NCBI GenBank assembly: GCA_964586645.1
Contig: CAZPJC010000001.1
Location: 2,361 to 66,360, forward strand
Length of the DNA: 64,000 nucleotides
Reading direction: 5' to 3'
Source: an uncultured Schumannella sp.
Lineage (GTDB): Bacteria; Actinomycetota; Actinomycetes; Actinomycetales; Microbacteriaceae
Made by a program: the position numbers and the translations under genes. Numbering within the stretch: the stretch's first letter is position 1; each line of letters begins with the position of its first letter. This document shows, piece after piece, positions 47,301-60,598 of this stretch. Below the pieces are notes generated by a model. The model did not search any database and was not told the DNA's origin. It was given only the letters and a program-made list of their open reading frames with translations.

Positions 47301-50164
47301 AGAACGTCGTCCGGGAACTCGAAGACCTCGCTGTCGAGCACTCGCCCATCCGGGCCGCGCTGCGCCGGCTAGGCATCCAGAAGTAGTTGCTTAAGGAGCG
47401 GCGATGGACGACCTACGCCCAACGGAGTACGAATGATTGACCCGCGCGAAGTTGATGAGGCCCTTGCGCGCCTTGCCGATGGTTTGCCCGATCAACACCC
47501 CGACGTCGCTCTCGTCGCCAAGGGACTTGCTCAGGCTCGCGCAGCGGTGGTCACAATGACCGAAATCTGCAACTCGCTAAGCCGCGACTACCGTAACAAA
47601 CCCTGACGCATCCTTTCACGCAGGAGGAGACATGGACATCAAGGAACTTGGCCGGGTCTACATGGATGCGGTCGATGACAACCACTACAACGGCGACGGC
47701 CTAGAGGCTGTGCAGCGTGCGGTCGCGTGGGAAGCCATCACGGTGATCCACGACTTCCTCAACGACGCCGAGCGGTGCGAACCCCTCGAGACCGCCCTTG
47801 AGCGGCACTTCGGGTTCGTCGAGGCGAGCACTCAATAGTTCTAGCTTTCAAGGAGAAGATCATGGGTCGAGAGATCAAGCGCGTCCCGGTCGGATTTGAC
47901 TGGCCGCTCAAGAAGGTGTGGTCGGGCTACCTCATGCCCGAGTGGCTGCACGAGGAATCTTGCCCGGACTGCAAGAACGGCTATAGCCGCCAGGCTGAGG
48001 TCTTCCACGACGAGTGGTACGGCAACGCTCCTTTCGACCCGATCAGCACGGGATCTACCCCGCTCACTCCGGCGACGCCGAAGGTGCGAGCGTTTGCAGA
48101 GCGCAACGTCGCGTCCGCACCCGACTTCTACGGAACGGGTGAGACGGCCATCGTTCGACAGGCAGAGCGCCTGTGTGGACTGTGGAACGCATCGTGGGGC
48201 CACCACCTGTCTCAGGTGGACGTGGATGCCCTGGTTGACGGTGACCGGCTGTGGGACTTCACGCGGGACTGGGTCGCCGGCGAGGGTTGGAAGCCGAAGG
48301 TTCCGGCATATCGTCCGACCGCAGCGGAAGTGAACGATTGGTCGATCGGCGGATTCGGTCACGATTCGATCAACTCTGGGATCGTCGTCCGCGCGCGATG
48401 CGAGCGCGAGGGTGTGCCGTACGTGTGCGCGACTTGCAAGGGTCACGCCTCGATTCCGAAGTTCAAGGGGCAGCGAAAGCTCGCGAACAAGTGGAGGTCG
48501 ATCAAGCCGCCGAAGGGCGAGTGGTGGCAACTCTGGGAGACGGTGAGTGAGGGATCGCCCGTCAGTCCTGCCTTCGAGACCCCGGAAGAACTTGCCGAGT
48601 GGATCAACCCTGCCGACCCTGCCGCGTCGCTCGAATGGGTCACGGGTGCGGGCTGGGCTCCGAGTATGACCGTGGTGGGTGGCGTGCTCGCCACGTCCTC
48701 GGATTATGCCGAGGGAACCGCGAAGCTCTAACGCACTATCTACACGTAAAGGACTACGGCTAATGTTCGATCCCCTCACCATTAGTCACCTGAAATCCAA
48801 CCCGGCTCTCATGCGCCCCTATTGCCAGATGTGCAAATGGCACGGCTCCTGGTGGACGTGGGAAGGCGACTGTCGAGGCGAATTCGAAGACCACCAGAAG
48901 GGCTCCGGGATACCGCGTTGCCGGTGGTTAGTAGCCGCCGAAAAGGCCGGTCATCGTTCGAACATAAGTACTAAACTCTGACGTAAAGGACATGGCATGA
49001 AGATCGGTTCAATACCAATTCGCCCCGAGGCTCAGCTGCGGGCAATCGTCGTCAGCGACCTTCGCGTGGCGGGGCTGAACGGCACGTCCGGGCTCAGTCG
49101 GGTCGCTGAAAAGATCGTTAGCGATCTGTTGCAGCACCACGAGGTAGCGCGATATCGCGAGGCCCTCGAAGAGATAGAGGAATACCACTCCGGGCGTAAG
49201 GGAGTTCACCCCGATATCGCCTTCGATAGCATCACGGAAATCCTCGCAGAGACTCTCCACTAACCGAACGAATATACGAATACTTGACGATGTAGAGGCT
49301 TGGGCTGCCGGACGCGACGCCAGATGAAGGCGCGGACGCGGTAGCTGCAAACGGGGCACCTTCTCCCCGCCAAGAACAGAGGTAGAGACCGGAAGTTCCG
49401 AAAGGGCTTCCGGTCTTCTCGTTGCGCCCGAACGGAGCCGCATGACCGAGTGCCTGCACGAATACTTCACCGGCCACTACCCGCACGGGTTCATCTGCGA
49501 CGACTGCGAAGTCGTCTGGGGTGTCCTCGATCCGCGCTGGGACACCTGGCAGGAGCGAATCGACGCTGCCCGCAACCCTCAACCTCCAACCCTGTTCTAA
49601 GGAGCATCGTGAACAGATCCAAGCAGCGCGGAACCGCCCTCGAGCGGCTCGCGGCTGACGGCTTCGCTGAAGCCCTGAACGACGACCGAATCGACCGAGC
49701 CCCACTACGCGGGGACGGCGACCGCGGAGACATCGCGGGCCTGTACTCACCCTTCGGCAAGGTCGTCGTGGAATGTAAGAACGTCGCCCGCCTCGACCTC
49801 GCCGGATGGGTGGAAGAAGCCCGCATCGAAGCCGGGAACGCCGACGCTATCGCTGGCGTGGTGCTGCACAAGCGCCGCGGCAAGGGGAAGTTCCTCGACC
49901 AGTACGTGACCATGACCGTCCGCGACCTCCTCGCGATCGGCTGGGGAGTGCAGGCATGATCACCGCTACCTCGGAGCACGTCTGTGAGCGGCACGCGTTG
50001 ATCGGTGTGGAGTGTTCCGGCCCGGCCGAGTTCATCCTCCGCCGCCACGACAAGACGCACTACATCTGCCGCGCATTCGCGCAACACATCTGGACGATCG
50101 GCCGCACCCTCTGCTACGACTGCCGCCGCCGAATCGTCGACCACTGGGACACGGAGCCGATTCG

Positions 50165-51028
50165 ATGAACTACCCAACCAAGCCCGGATCGTCGGTCATC
50201 CTCGACCTCCCCGATGAGGCGTACCACTCGATGCCGGAGCTGTCGTCGTCTCAGGCGAAGGCGTTGCTCGAGTCGCCTGCCCGGTTCAATTACTGGCGGA
50301 ACAAGCGACGCCCGGAGAAGAAGGCCTACGACGTCGGCCATGCGGTCCACGCGAAAGTGCTCGGTGTCGGTATGGGCATCGAAGTTCTCGACTTCGACAA
50401 CTACCGCACGAAGGCGTCGCAGGAGGAGCGTGACGCCGCCTACGCGGCTGGCCTGACGCCGATGCTCGCCAAGGAAATGCAGCCGATCAACGACATGGCC
50501 GAGTCGGTGCTGAAGCATCCGACCGCTGCAACGCTGCTCGCCCAACCGGGGCATTCCGAGGTGTCTGTCCTGTCGACGGATCCGACTACAGAAGTCCCCG
50601 TCCGAGCACGGTTCGACTACCTCCCGTTCCCGCGCTCACCGAAAGCGGTTGCCGTCGAGCTGAAGACAACCGATGATGCCTCACCGGCCGCGTTTGTGAA
50701 GTCGATCATCGAGTACGGCTACGACCTCTCCCACGAGTGGTATCGCGACACGTACAGGTGGGCGACCGACGAAGAGGTGGAGTTCGCCTTCATCGTCGTC
50801 GAGAAGCGACCCCCGTATCTGGTGGCCCACTACCGACTGCCTGAACTGTTCGTCGAGATGGGCGCGCGGAAGGCGCTCGAGGCTCGCGTGCAGTACGCGG
50901 AGTACAGCGCATCCGGTGTCTGGCCCGGCTACTCGGACGAGATTGTGCCGCTCGACCCGCCGGTCTGGCACGTCATCCAGCACGAAGAGAAGTACGCCGA
51001 AATGGAGATCAGCATTGGACATCAGTAG
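50165..51028 (+). CDS. RecE-like exonuclease (copy 2)
   Basis: Identical translation. Confidence 0.86.
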   Translation: MNYPTKPGSSVILDLPDEAYHSMPELSSSQAKALLESPARFNYWRNKRRPEKKAYDVGHAVHAKVLGVGMGIEVLDFDNYRTKASQEERDAAYAAGLTPMLAKEMQPINDMAESVLKHPTAATLLAQPGHSEVSVLSTDPTTEVPVRARFDYLPFPRSPKAVAVELKTTDDASPAAFVKSIIEYGYDLSHEWYRDTYRWATDEEVEFAFIVVEKRPPYLVAHYRLPELFVEMGARKALEARVQYAEYSASGVWPGYSDEIVPLDPPVWHVIQHEEKYAEMEISIGHQ

Positions 51029-52782
51029 CACTACCGAGCCGAAGAGTGACCAGCAGAACTTTGACGATTATCTGGGCGGATCGAAGACGGTCACCATCGT
51101 CGACGTCAAGAAGGGTTCGTCGGAGCAGCCGGTAGAGCTGCATCTGGCCGAGTTCCCCGGTCGGCCGTACAAGCCCGGGAAGTCGATGAGGAGAGTTCTC
51201 GTCGCCTGTTGGGGGAAGGAAGCATCCGAGTACATCGGGCGTCAGTTGACGCTGTACGGCGATCCGTCGATCCAGTTCGGCGGTCAGGCTGTCGGCGGGA
51301 TCCGCATCGCGGCCATGTCGCATCTGACCGAGCCGAAGTCGGTCAGTCTCACGATTACGAGGGGCAAGCGTGCGCCGTTCGTCGTGAAGCCGATCGGCGC
51401 ACCGGACCCGAAGCCGCACCTCGCAGCTTTCGCATCCGCGAAAACCCTCGACGAGTTGCAGAACGCATGGGAGATGGCGAAGGAAGCCGGCGTCACCGGA
51501 CTCGCTGACGTGATCGCCAAGAAAGACGCCCGAAAGGCCGAACTGACCGCCGCGGGTAACTCGTGAGGAAGCAACACCCTGACCGCAAGTGCGGCGTAAC
51601 CGGGTGCAAGCAGAAGTACGACGCGGGCGGCTACTGCAACGCCCACTACCAACGGCTCCGCAAGTACGGAGATCCGAGAGCGGGCAAGCCGACCTTGCAG
51701 GAACTCGCGGAACGTCGCGCATACGTAATCGGCGAGATCGAATGGTTCAAGACGTTCGGCGTCTCCGGTGAACTGATCGCCAGCGAGCTGGGATACACCA
51801 AGGTCGAGTCCGTCCGCGATCTGCTTCACCGTTGGGGACGACCCGACCTGGCCGAGCTTTTCATGGACCGCCAGGAAGAGAACTGGTTCCGACAGTGGCT
51901 CGAGGGTAAGCATCGGGTCGCATGAATCGGGACTTCTCGCCCGCGGCTAAGGATGCGATCAAGAAGCGTTCGGGGGGGCTCTGTGAAGGGTGTCGGAAGC
52001 GAGAAGCGACCGAGTATCACCACCGCAAGTTCAAGTCCCGCGGCGGGATCGGAACTGTCGCAAACGGCCTGCACCTGTGCGGGTGGGGCAATCACACCGG
52101 ATGCCACGGCAAGGCGCACTCTGCTGAACCGCCGTCCGGTTGGGCTCTCCACTCGTGGGATGACCCGCTACTGGTGCCCGTCGAACTGCACGCTGGCACC
52201 TTCTACCTGGACAACGCGGGCGAGTACCGACCGCCCGACGAGATACCGGAGTTTTGATGGGAGGACAGCTTGTCAGAAAGGCGTGGGCGGCATCGTTCCA
52301 CGAGACACACCGCGGTAGACCTCTCACCGCCAACGAGAGACAGATCCTCGTCTACATGGCGACCATCGCCCATGACACGGACGAACACCCGATCTATTGG
52401 GCGGGTAGGGAATCGCTTGCCACTCACGCATTAGGGCGCGCTATTCCCGATGACCCCAAATTGCGTGAATCGCTATTCAAGTCAGTGTCTAAAGCGACGC
52501 GGGCACTGGTTAATCGGCGTGCGATTCAGTTGTTCAATACGGCCCGCCCTGGGAAGAACCAGGAGTACGAGCTGACTGTGGACAACCTGCTCCCCGCGAG
52601 ATGGGTGCCGGAACCTGACGTTCCACCATTCGGAACGTGAGGTTCCACCATCGGGAACGCCACGTTCCACCATCGGGAACCTGACGTTCCACCCGAGGAA
52701 ACAACTAAACCAACAGACCAACTAGACACCAACAATCACCTCCCAGCGCAAGCTCGCGGAGCCTGTGCAGAACGGACCCACC

Positions 52783-53238
52783 ATGAACGAAACCCCCGTC
52801 ACCATCATCGGCAATCTCACGGCCGATCCGGAATTGCGTTACACGCAGAACGGAATTGCCGTCGCTAACCTCACGATCGCTCAGACCCCGAGATTCTTCG
52901 ACAAGAACAGCAACGACTGGAAGGACGGAGACCCGCTTTTTCTTCGAGCGTCTGTTTGGAAGGAGTTCGCGGAACACGTCGCCGGCTCCCTCAGCAAGGG
53001 CCAGCGTGTCATCGCGCAGGGCGTTCTTCAGCAGCGCAACTACGACGACCGCGACGGGAACAAGCGATCGTCGATCGAGCTGAAGGTCGAAGCGATCGGA
53101 CCCGATTTGCGCTACGCGACCGCGGCCGTCACTCGAGCCACCGACAGTTCCGCGAACATCCACGTTCCGACCGCCACGGATCAGGCCGATGCCTGGAACA
53201 CCCCGGGGCAGTACGACGACCAGAACGCCCCGTTCTGA
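52783..53238 (+). CDS. ssb: SSB (copy 2)
   Basis: Identical translation. Confidence 0.93.
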   Translation: MNETPVTIIGNLTADPELRYTQNGIAVANLTIAQTPRFFDKNSNDWKDGDPLFLRASVWKEFAEHVAGSLSKGQRVIAQGVLQQRNYDDRDGNKRSSIELKVEAIGPDLRYATAAVTRATDSSANIHVPTATDQADAWNTPGQYDDQNAPF

Positions 53239-53834
53239 ACACCAGAATGCCCCAATACACGCCGAAGGAGATGACGTGAAGACTCGAATCGAACACATCC
53301 GCGAGTACACCGCCCGCAATGGGGTATCCGTGCAGATCACGCGCAGGGCTGATGTTGGCCCAGCGATCATCGTTGACGGGATCGAGATTGCTCCACTGAA
53401 TGTCGCTGCGCTGCGGGAGTACTTCTCGCAGGACGACGACCCTACGAGCCGTGACATCTGCGCCTCTTGCGGTGTCTACCGCTACGTTCACACTCAAGCC
53501 CGGTCGAGGTGCCCCAAGTTCCGCAAGGCCAACCGGATTCAGCGGTTCCTGTTTCACCACAGCATCATCGGTCACATCCAGGCGTGGGCATGGTGGCGAC
53601 TGACAACTGAGAACTTCCGGTGGCGTGTGGCGAATCGACTGCACAATCGTCGCCCGGATCTCTGCTGGTGCTACATGGTGGAAGCCGTTTTGCTACAAGG
53701 TGCTCCGAACGACTACAGCAGCAAGTACTACTGCGGTGATCTCTGCAATGTGCCGTTACTGAGCCAAGCCCGTCCGTGGGTCGAGGGCCGGTGCTACTGC
53801 TCAGTGCCAACACCTTCCGATGCTGGGTCATCAA

Positions 53835-54296
53835 ATGGCTAGCGTCGGCGCGCTGGCCGCGATGACCAGTTCTCAGACCGTCGAGTGGCCGACCCCTGAG
53901 TGGCTGTTCGCTCAACTCGATCGAGAGTTCCACTTCACGGTCGACGTCGCAGCGAACCCGAGCAACGCCAAGGTGCCCACGAAGTTCTACACCGTGGACG
54001 ATGACGGGCTCTCGCAGAGTTGGGACGGCGAGACGGTTTGGTGCAACCCGCCGTATGGAGACCAGCTCAAGCACTGGGTCTACAAGGCGGCAACCTCGGA
54101 CGCGCTGACTGTGATGCTCGTGCCCGCCCGCGTGGACACAATCTGGTTTCACAACGTCGTCCTCAACCGGGCAGAGATCAGATTCATCAAGGGTCGGCTC
54201 AAGTTCGGGGATGCGACCGACTCGGCCCCGTTCCCGTGCATGTTGCTCATCTTCCGCAACGCACTATCTGCAAGTACTACCCCGGAGGAATCTTGA
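53835..54296 (+). CDS. Dam-type methyltransferase (copy 2)
   Basis: Identical translation. Confidence 0.9.
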   Translation: MASVGALAAMTSSQTVEWPTPEWLFAQLDREFHFTVDVAANPSNAKVPTKFYTVDDDGLSQSWDGETVWCNPPYGDQLKHWVYKAATSDALTVMLVPARVDTIWFHNVVLNRAEIRFIKGRLKFGDATDSAPFPCMLLIFRNALSASTTPEES

Positions 54297-55581
54297 ACGA
54301 CGAATCTCCGCTGGCCGGCCTGCTTGATGCGGTCGACCGGCTCACCCTTCCGATCAAGGATCCGGTGTGGCAGGACGTTTGGGACGCGACCAAGAATCGC
54401 GTGACCGGGCGCGAGGTGGTCACGGTGCATCGTGACGCGCTGCTGGTGCAGTTGCGTAAGTCGATCGCATCGTCCACTTCTGCCCCGTCTAACCCTGTTT
54501 CGGGAGGTAGCGCCATGATGGGCGGCCTCAACATTGCCTCATTCGCCCTCTACGAGACCGTAGACGGACGAATTAGAGCGGCCTGGGCAGAACTGCGTGG
54601 GGAGAAATCTAAAGCCCTTAGTGAGGCGATTCTCCGAAAGTGGTTTGTGCGCGTCCGCAACCTCTACGAAGCCGGACAGGTACCTGACTCATTCGTCTAC
54701 GAATGGCAACGCATCACCCGCGGGTGGGTCCGACAAATCGAGGGCATGTTCAACCCGGAGGTCGTCAAGGAACTCGTGGGACCTTGCCCTGAGTGCCAAG
54801 CGACTCGAGCGTCTAACCGTGATGGCGAGGAACAATCGGCCCTCTACCTGCACTACTCGTCCGAGAACACCCCAGAGGCGATGTGCAGAGTTTGCGGGTG
54901 GAACGTATCGGGCGACCGCGGATTGCTCGAGCTGGGCTACCATCTCGGCGCAACAGTCGACGAAGAAGCCCTAAAAGACATGGGCGTAATTGTGTGACAC
55001 GCCGTTAGGTCTTGCGCGAACTACACGAGTGTGATTCAATTGGACCACACAGGAGAACTCTCTCAACTGTGACAAATCTTGTTCCCCACCGTGCTCCGGC
55101 CCTGGTGGGGATTTTTCGTGGGGCTGACCCACTCAGAGAATCATGATCCGGGCGCTCGATAAGTTCTCGCCCGGATTTTCTCGTCCCGGTAGCGGTTTAG
55201 GTCGCATCCGGTGACTGAACGCACCCGGCCGTGCGTTCACCCCGCCTTCGAGCGGATACAGGCGGCGAGAGGTCGCTAAATCAAAGCGCGTGCGGGCCAA
55301 GTTCAATGCTTCGGCAACCTCTGGCCCCACGGCACCACTCCTGTCCCTCTGCGGAAGTTGGAATCGGTGTTTGACCGTCTACTGGTCCCCTCAATCGTCC
55401 CCTGCCCGATCGGGAAGCTCCTCGCGGAGACTGACCCAAAGTCGGCAGACAACCTGAAAGCCGCTCTCGCCATGAGAGCCGAAGAACTTCCGAACGCGGA
55501 GATTCGCCGCGCTCTCCTCGATGAAGCCAAGTTCACAACCTCGGTTGAGACGATCTCGGCGCACCGCAAGGGAGACTGCCG

Positions 55582-56688
55582 GTGTACGAAAATCTGACGG
55601 TCCCCGACGAGTGGCGTGCGCGCCAGGTCGTCCGGGACGGCGTTACCGAACTCACGACGGGCGCTACGGCGCTGACTGGTACTGACGCTGAGATTCTGCG
55701 GCAGTGGGGTTACGACCCGGACCAGATCGAAGTCCTTTCGACATCCCAGTGGCGCAAAGAGCAGCCTGACGGTTCCTGGCTGACCTCCTACTACTTCAAG
55801 CACCGTCCCCGGACGGCCAACCTCGACCTTCCCACGCTCTACGCGTCGGCATCCAAGAAACCCCGCCAACAACTCAAGCCAGCCTCGAGCGGCATCGTGA
55901 CGGTCGTTGTCTTGTCCGACGTTCAGGCGGGGAAGGTGGGAGCGCGCGGAGGGACACCCGAACTGATCGGCCGTCTGGTCGAAAAGCGGGCCAAATTGTC
56001 CGAATGGCTCTCACACCGCAAACCCGAACGGACTGTGTTGGCTGAGGCCGGCGATCTGTTCGAGGGGTTCGAGTCGGGTGGTAACCCGATGTTCACTAAC
56101 GATTTGAGTCTTGCCCAGCAGATGGATCTTGCCGCGGCTGAGGTGATGGAGTTCGTGAAGGTCATGCACCGCCACGGACACGTCGACGTCCTCGCGGTCC
56201 CGTCGAATCACACCGCCTGGCGACAGGGTAAGCAGCAGCTCGGACGTCCATCGGATGATCTCGGATTGCAGGTTCACCGGTTCGTTGAGCGTGAAGCCCG
56301 TGCGGCCGGATACGACGCATCGTGGACGTTCCCGGCACAGTACGACGAGTCGGTGACGCTCGACGTCGCCGGAACGACTCTGGGTCTAGTGCATGGCAAC
56401 CAGTACGCGCCTGGTGGCGCTCCCGCATGGTGGGGAAAGCAGACCCACGGCGGACAGCCTGTAGGAGCTGCTGACGTTCTGGTCGCCGGCCACTACCACC
56501 ACCTCAACATCCTCCCCACCGGACGCAACCCGTACACGGGCAAGTCGAAGTGGTTCCTTCAGGCACCAACGCTCGACAACGGTTCTGACTGGTTCCGCAA
56601 CAAGGCGGGCGACGACTCCGACCCCGGCTTGCTGGTGTTCGACATCGACGCTGACGGCTTCAACCTTCAGTCACTCACGGTGCTCTAG
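55582..56688 (+). CDS. Metallophosphoesterase (copy 2)
   Basis: Identical translation. Confidence 0.83.
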   Translation: MYENLTVPDEWRARQVVRDGVTELTTGATALTGTDAEILRQWGYDPDQIEVLSTSQWRKEQPDGSWLTSYYFKHRPRTANLDLPTLYASASKKPRQQLKPASSGIVTVVVLSDVQAGKVGARGGTPELIGRLVEKRAKLSEWLSHRKPERTVLAEAGDLFEGFESGGNPMFTNDLSLAQQMDLAAAEVMEFVKVMHRHGHVDVLAVPSNHTAWRQGKQQLGRPSDDLGLQVHRFVEREARAAGYDASWTFPAQYDESVTLDVAGTTLGLVHGNQYAPGGAPAWWGKQTHGGQPVGAADVLVAGHYHHLNILPTGRNPYTGKSKWFLQAPTLDNGSDWFRNKAGDDSDPGLLVFDIDADGFNLQSLTVL

Positions 56689-57629
56689 GGAGCGATGATG
56701 AACCTCGAGACGGTCCCGATCAGTCGTGTGATGCTCTGGTTCGGGTACCTCGTCGCGTTCACCGTCTGCACCGGAGTTGCGTGTAGCGATGGATGCGGCG
56801 CTGGTGACCCGGTGAAGGAATGGTGCGGCTGCGGTGCAGCCATCCGTGCTTCCAAGGGCGAAGTCGTGAAGTGGCGCAGTAACCACCTCCACGAAGGCAA
56901 GCCGGCAGACGAACCGCAACGCCAAGGAGCGTTCTCGTCAAGCGAGATCGGCCCGAACTACTACATGGGTGAGGCTCCCATCGAAGCGCGAATCGGATTC
57001 ACCCCGAATGTCTGAATTGACAGGCGAGGGTAAGCATTGGGGTTCTGCTGACGGTTGGGTTGTTGAGCCGAAACCTTCACCGGAAGAACTCCATTTAGGT
57101 TACAAGGCACCGCCGTTCACAATGTCTGAACCGTTGCGTACAGACACGAACGACATGCTGCTCCTCATCAATCGCCTGTCCGCTAAGGACCGAGCCGCCC
57201 TGTCCAAGGTCGCCGGCTGGGCGAACGCACTACTAGACAGCGATGGTGCCTAAAGCCCCTCGAGGTGGCCGACGCTACATGGCAGCCATCGCAGCCATGA
57301 AAGCCCGCGGCGACGCCTATTGCTGGCGAGGATGCGGGACCTACCTACTCGCAGACGCACCAAACCACCACCCCCAACACATGACCCTGGGTCACATCAT
57401 CGCGTGGGAAGACGACCCGTCCCTGTTCTGGGACCAAAGCAACCACGCCCCCGAATGTGCCAAGTGCAACTACGGTGACGGGGCCCGCCGCACCAACGCC
57501 AAGCGTGGAACAAGAGCCACCGACACGCGCCGCTACGTCAACAACGACTGGTGACGACGACCAAATCTTTTTAGAGCTGACAGAGCCGGAAGACCGCGAC
57601 GTTTCCCTTTTCTCTCTCCCGGGGGTTTT

Positions 57630-59189
57630 GTGTCTACTGAGCCGCGGAAGTCGCTCGCGGATGTCCTCGCTGAGCGCGGCGATCCGATGGCTGGCTTGGA
57701 TTCGGATTGGGCGCGACATCTTCTGGTGGTGCCTGACGATTCGTCTCCTCCGTTGGCGATGTCTGGCCCTCATCCGCTGGCGGTTGGATCGTATGGTCCG
57801 GAGCTGTTGGTGTGGGCGAAGAAGGAACTTCGGTTCACGCCGCGGTGGTGGCAGGAAGTCGCTCTGATCCGGCAGTACGAGCATGATGCTGACGGTCGGC
57901 TGGTGTGGCGGGATGTTCTTGAGACTGGCCCGCGTCGTATCGGTAAGTCGGTCCGGCTTCGGGTGTCGGCGGTGTGGCGGACGGCTCATGCTGATCTGTT
58001 TGGTGAGCCGCAGTTGTCGATGCTGGTTTCCAAGGATTTGATGATCGGCAAGGAGATTCACGCGAAGGCGTGGGCGTGGGCCGAGAAGCGCGGTTGGATT
58101 GTGCAGCGCCGTGCGGGTGGTCAGGAGATCCGGGTTGCGGAGGCTGAGGATTCGGACCGCTGGCTGCTGCGGGCACCGGATGGTGCTTACGGGTACGACG
58201 TCTGCTACGGGCAGGTGGACGAGGCATGGGACATCAAGCCTGATGTCATCACGGACGGGATCGAGCCGGCGCTGCTCGAGCGGTTGAGTCCGCAGCTGCA
58301 CCTGACGTCGACTGCACATGTGAAGGCATCGAGTCTGATGCGCGGTCGGTTGATGAATGCCTTGAACAACATCTCGGGTGACACGCTGCTGCTCTATTGG
58401 GGTGCTCACCCCGACGCTGACATTGACGATCCCGAGACGTGGCGACTTGCCTCGCCGCACTGGTCGCCCGATCGGGCTCGTCTGGTGCAGGAGAAGTGGA
58501 AGGCCGCGAAGCAAGGCGGAACTGAGGTTGATGACCCGGACCCGATGCGAGGTTGGGCTGCACAATATCTGAACGTGTGGCCGTTCCTCCTCAACGATGT
58601 TGACGGGATACTTCCGCTGAACATGTGGATGGGCGGGACGCTGCCGGACAAGCCGGTCGTCGAGACGACGCGTGTCGCAGTGGATGTTCGGACAGGGCTC
58701 GATCAGTCGTTCGCGATTGCGATTGCTGGTCGAATTGATGATCAGCGCGACTACGTGGATCTTCTTCAGTTTGAGTGGGGTCTCGACTCTCGTCCCAAGC
58801 GTGATCACATCGTCGATGAGGTTTGCGCGGTGCTCGAGCGACTGCGACTGGGTTCGGTCGCCCTCGACACGTTCGGCGATAACGGATACCTGTTGCCGCT
58901 TTTCGAAGCCGCGGGCGTGACTGTCGAAGCACTCAACACGGCTGACATGCGTAATGCGTCGGTTGGTTTCAAGGAGGCTTTGGTCAACTCGCGGCTACGG
59001 CACCCATCGAACGAGCATCTGACTACGGCGGTGAAGGGTGTCGGCGTGCGGAAATCGGGTGAGGGGTTCATCTTCACGCAAGATCGCTCGCGGGCTGACA
59101 TCACGCCCCTCCGCGCGGTAACTGCCGCTTGGTGGGCGCTTCAGAAGGCAACCCCGTCAAACTACGACGTTCTTGATTCGGTGTTTTAG
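57630..59189 (+). CDS. terL: Terminase large subunit (copy 2)
   Basis: Identical translation. Confidence 0.9.
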   Translation: MSTEPRKSLADVLAERGDPMAGLDSDWARHLLVVPDDSSPPLAMSGPHPLAVGSYGPELLVWAKKELRFTPRWWQEVALIRQYEHDADGRLVWRDVLETGPRRIGKSVRLRVSAVWRTAHADLFGEPQLSMLVSKDLMIGKEIHAKAWAWAEKRGWIVQRRAGGQEIRVAEAEDSDRWLLRAPDGAYGYDVCYGQVDEAWDIKPDVITDGIEPALLERLSPQLHLTSTAHVKASSLMRGRLMNALNNISGDTLLLYWGAHPDADIDDPETWRLASPHWSPDRARLVQEKWKAAKQGGTEVDDPDPMRGWAAQYLNVWPFLLNDVDGILPLNMWMGGTLPDKPVVETTRVAVDVRTGLDQSFAIAIAGRIDDQRDYVDLLQFEWGLDSRPKRDHIVDEVCAVLERLRLGSVALDTFGDNGYLLPLFEAAGVTVEALNTADMRNASVGFKEALVNSRLRHPSNEHLTTAVKGVGVRKSGEGFIFTQDRSRADITPLRAVTAAWWALQKATPSNYDVLDSVF

Positions 59190-59446
59190 TACACGTTTTC
59201 GAATCTCGTTTCTCCCAGGTCGGCATAGAAGGCCACTGAGGGCCTACCCCGTGTCGCTAATCGTAGGAGTGTTCGAATGTTCACGACTGTTGTGGAAATT
59301 CTGGCGCTTGTGCTGATTGTGGCCGGCGCGGTTGCGGTGGTGTTCGGCGTGCTGGCGGTGTCGGTTCCGCTGGCTTTCATCATCGGTGGCCTCGAGGCTG
59401 TCGCGCTCGGCCTCGGCGGGCTCTGGATCAGTAAGCGGGTGAGCGC

Positions 59447-60598
59447 GTGAGCATCCTCTTCAACAAGTCTGCCGAGTCTCGGGCGATCTCTTTCCAGTCG
59501 TGGTGGGGTGCGGGGGACGACAATCCGAATGCGCGCGGTGATGCGATCTCGGTGGCGTTGTCGTTGATCCCTGTGTATGCGGCGACGGGTCTGATTGCTG
59601 ATCAGATTGCGGCGTCGCCGTGGGCGATGTTTGAGAAGTCGTCGGGCGTGCCGGTGAAGTCTGATCCGCAGCCTGAGCTGGTTACGGGGCCGGGGGTGAA
59701 CCGCCTCGACGTGTTTTCGTGGAAGCACCAGATGGTGACGTCGCTTCTGCTGCGGGGTAATGCTTACGGCTTCATTGTGTCGGTCGATTCGTTTGGTCTG
59801 CCTGATCGGGTGTCGTGGTTGCAGCCGGATAAGGTGCGGGTTGACGAGTCGGGCAGTGCGCCCGTGTACACGTACAACGGTGCGGAGATTGACCGGTCTC
59901 GCCTGATTCACATTCCTTGGTATGTCCTCCCCGGGTCTGTTGTGGGGGTGTCGCCGATCGGTCTGTTCCGTATGCAGATCGAGTCGGGTATTGAGGCGCA
60001 GCGGGTTGGCAAGAACTTCTTCCGCCGCGGCATGGTCCCGTCTGGGTTCCTGAAGAACACGGCTAAGACGTTGACTGCCGTTGAGGCGCAGGAGACGAAG
60101 AAGCGTTTCAGTGCGTCGGTGTCGGCGACGGAACCTTTCGTGTCGGGTGCCGACTGGGAGTACACGGCGATCGGGTTGCCGTCCTCCGATGTGGCGTTCC
60201 TCACGGGCATCAAGGCCACTGCCACTCAGGTTGCTGCGATCTACCGGGTGGCTCCGGAGGAGCTCGGCGGCGAAGTGTCTGGGTCGTCGCTCACCTACAA
60301 GAACCTCGAACAGGATCAGATCCGCTTCAACGTTCGCACCCTCCGTCCGCTCGCCGCCCGCATTGAGGCCGTCATCAACGGCTACATGATCGATGGCCGC
60401 TACTTGAAGTTCAACCTTGACGCTTCGGTGCGGGCTGACATCAAGACCCGTTTCGAGGCGCACGCCATCGCAATTCAGAACGACTTCGAGACTCGCGATG
60501 AGGTGCGTGCGCTTGAGGAGCGCCCGCCCCTTACTGCTCAGGACATTACACAGATCAAGGATCTGCGAAAGCCGACGACGATTGGACGCACACCATGA
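59447..60598 (+). CDS. Portal protein (copy 2)
   Basis: Identical translation. Confidence 0.92.
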   Translation: MSILFNKSAESRAISFQSWWGAGDDNPNARGDAISVALSLIPVYAATGLIADQIAASPWAMFEKSSGVPVKSDPQPELVTGPGVNRLDVFSWKHQMVTSLLLRGNAYGFIVSVDSFGLPDRVSWLQPDKVRVDESGSAPVYTYNGAEIDRSRLIHIPWYVLPGSVVGVSPIGLFRMQIESGIEAQRVGKNFFRRGMVPSGFLKNTAKTLTAVEAQETKKRFSASVSATEPFVSGADWEYTAIGLPSSDVAFLTGIKATATQVAAIYRVAPEELGGEVSGSSLTYKNLEQDQIRFNVRTLRPLAARIEAVINGYMIDGRYLKFNLDASVRADIKTRFEAHAIAIQNDFETRDEVRALEERPPLTAQDITQIKDLRKPTTIGRTP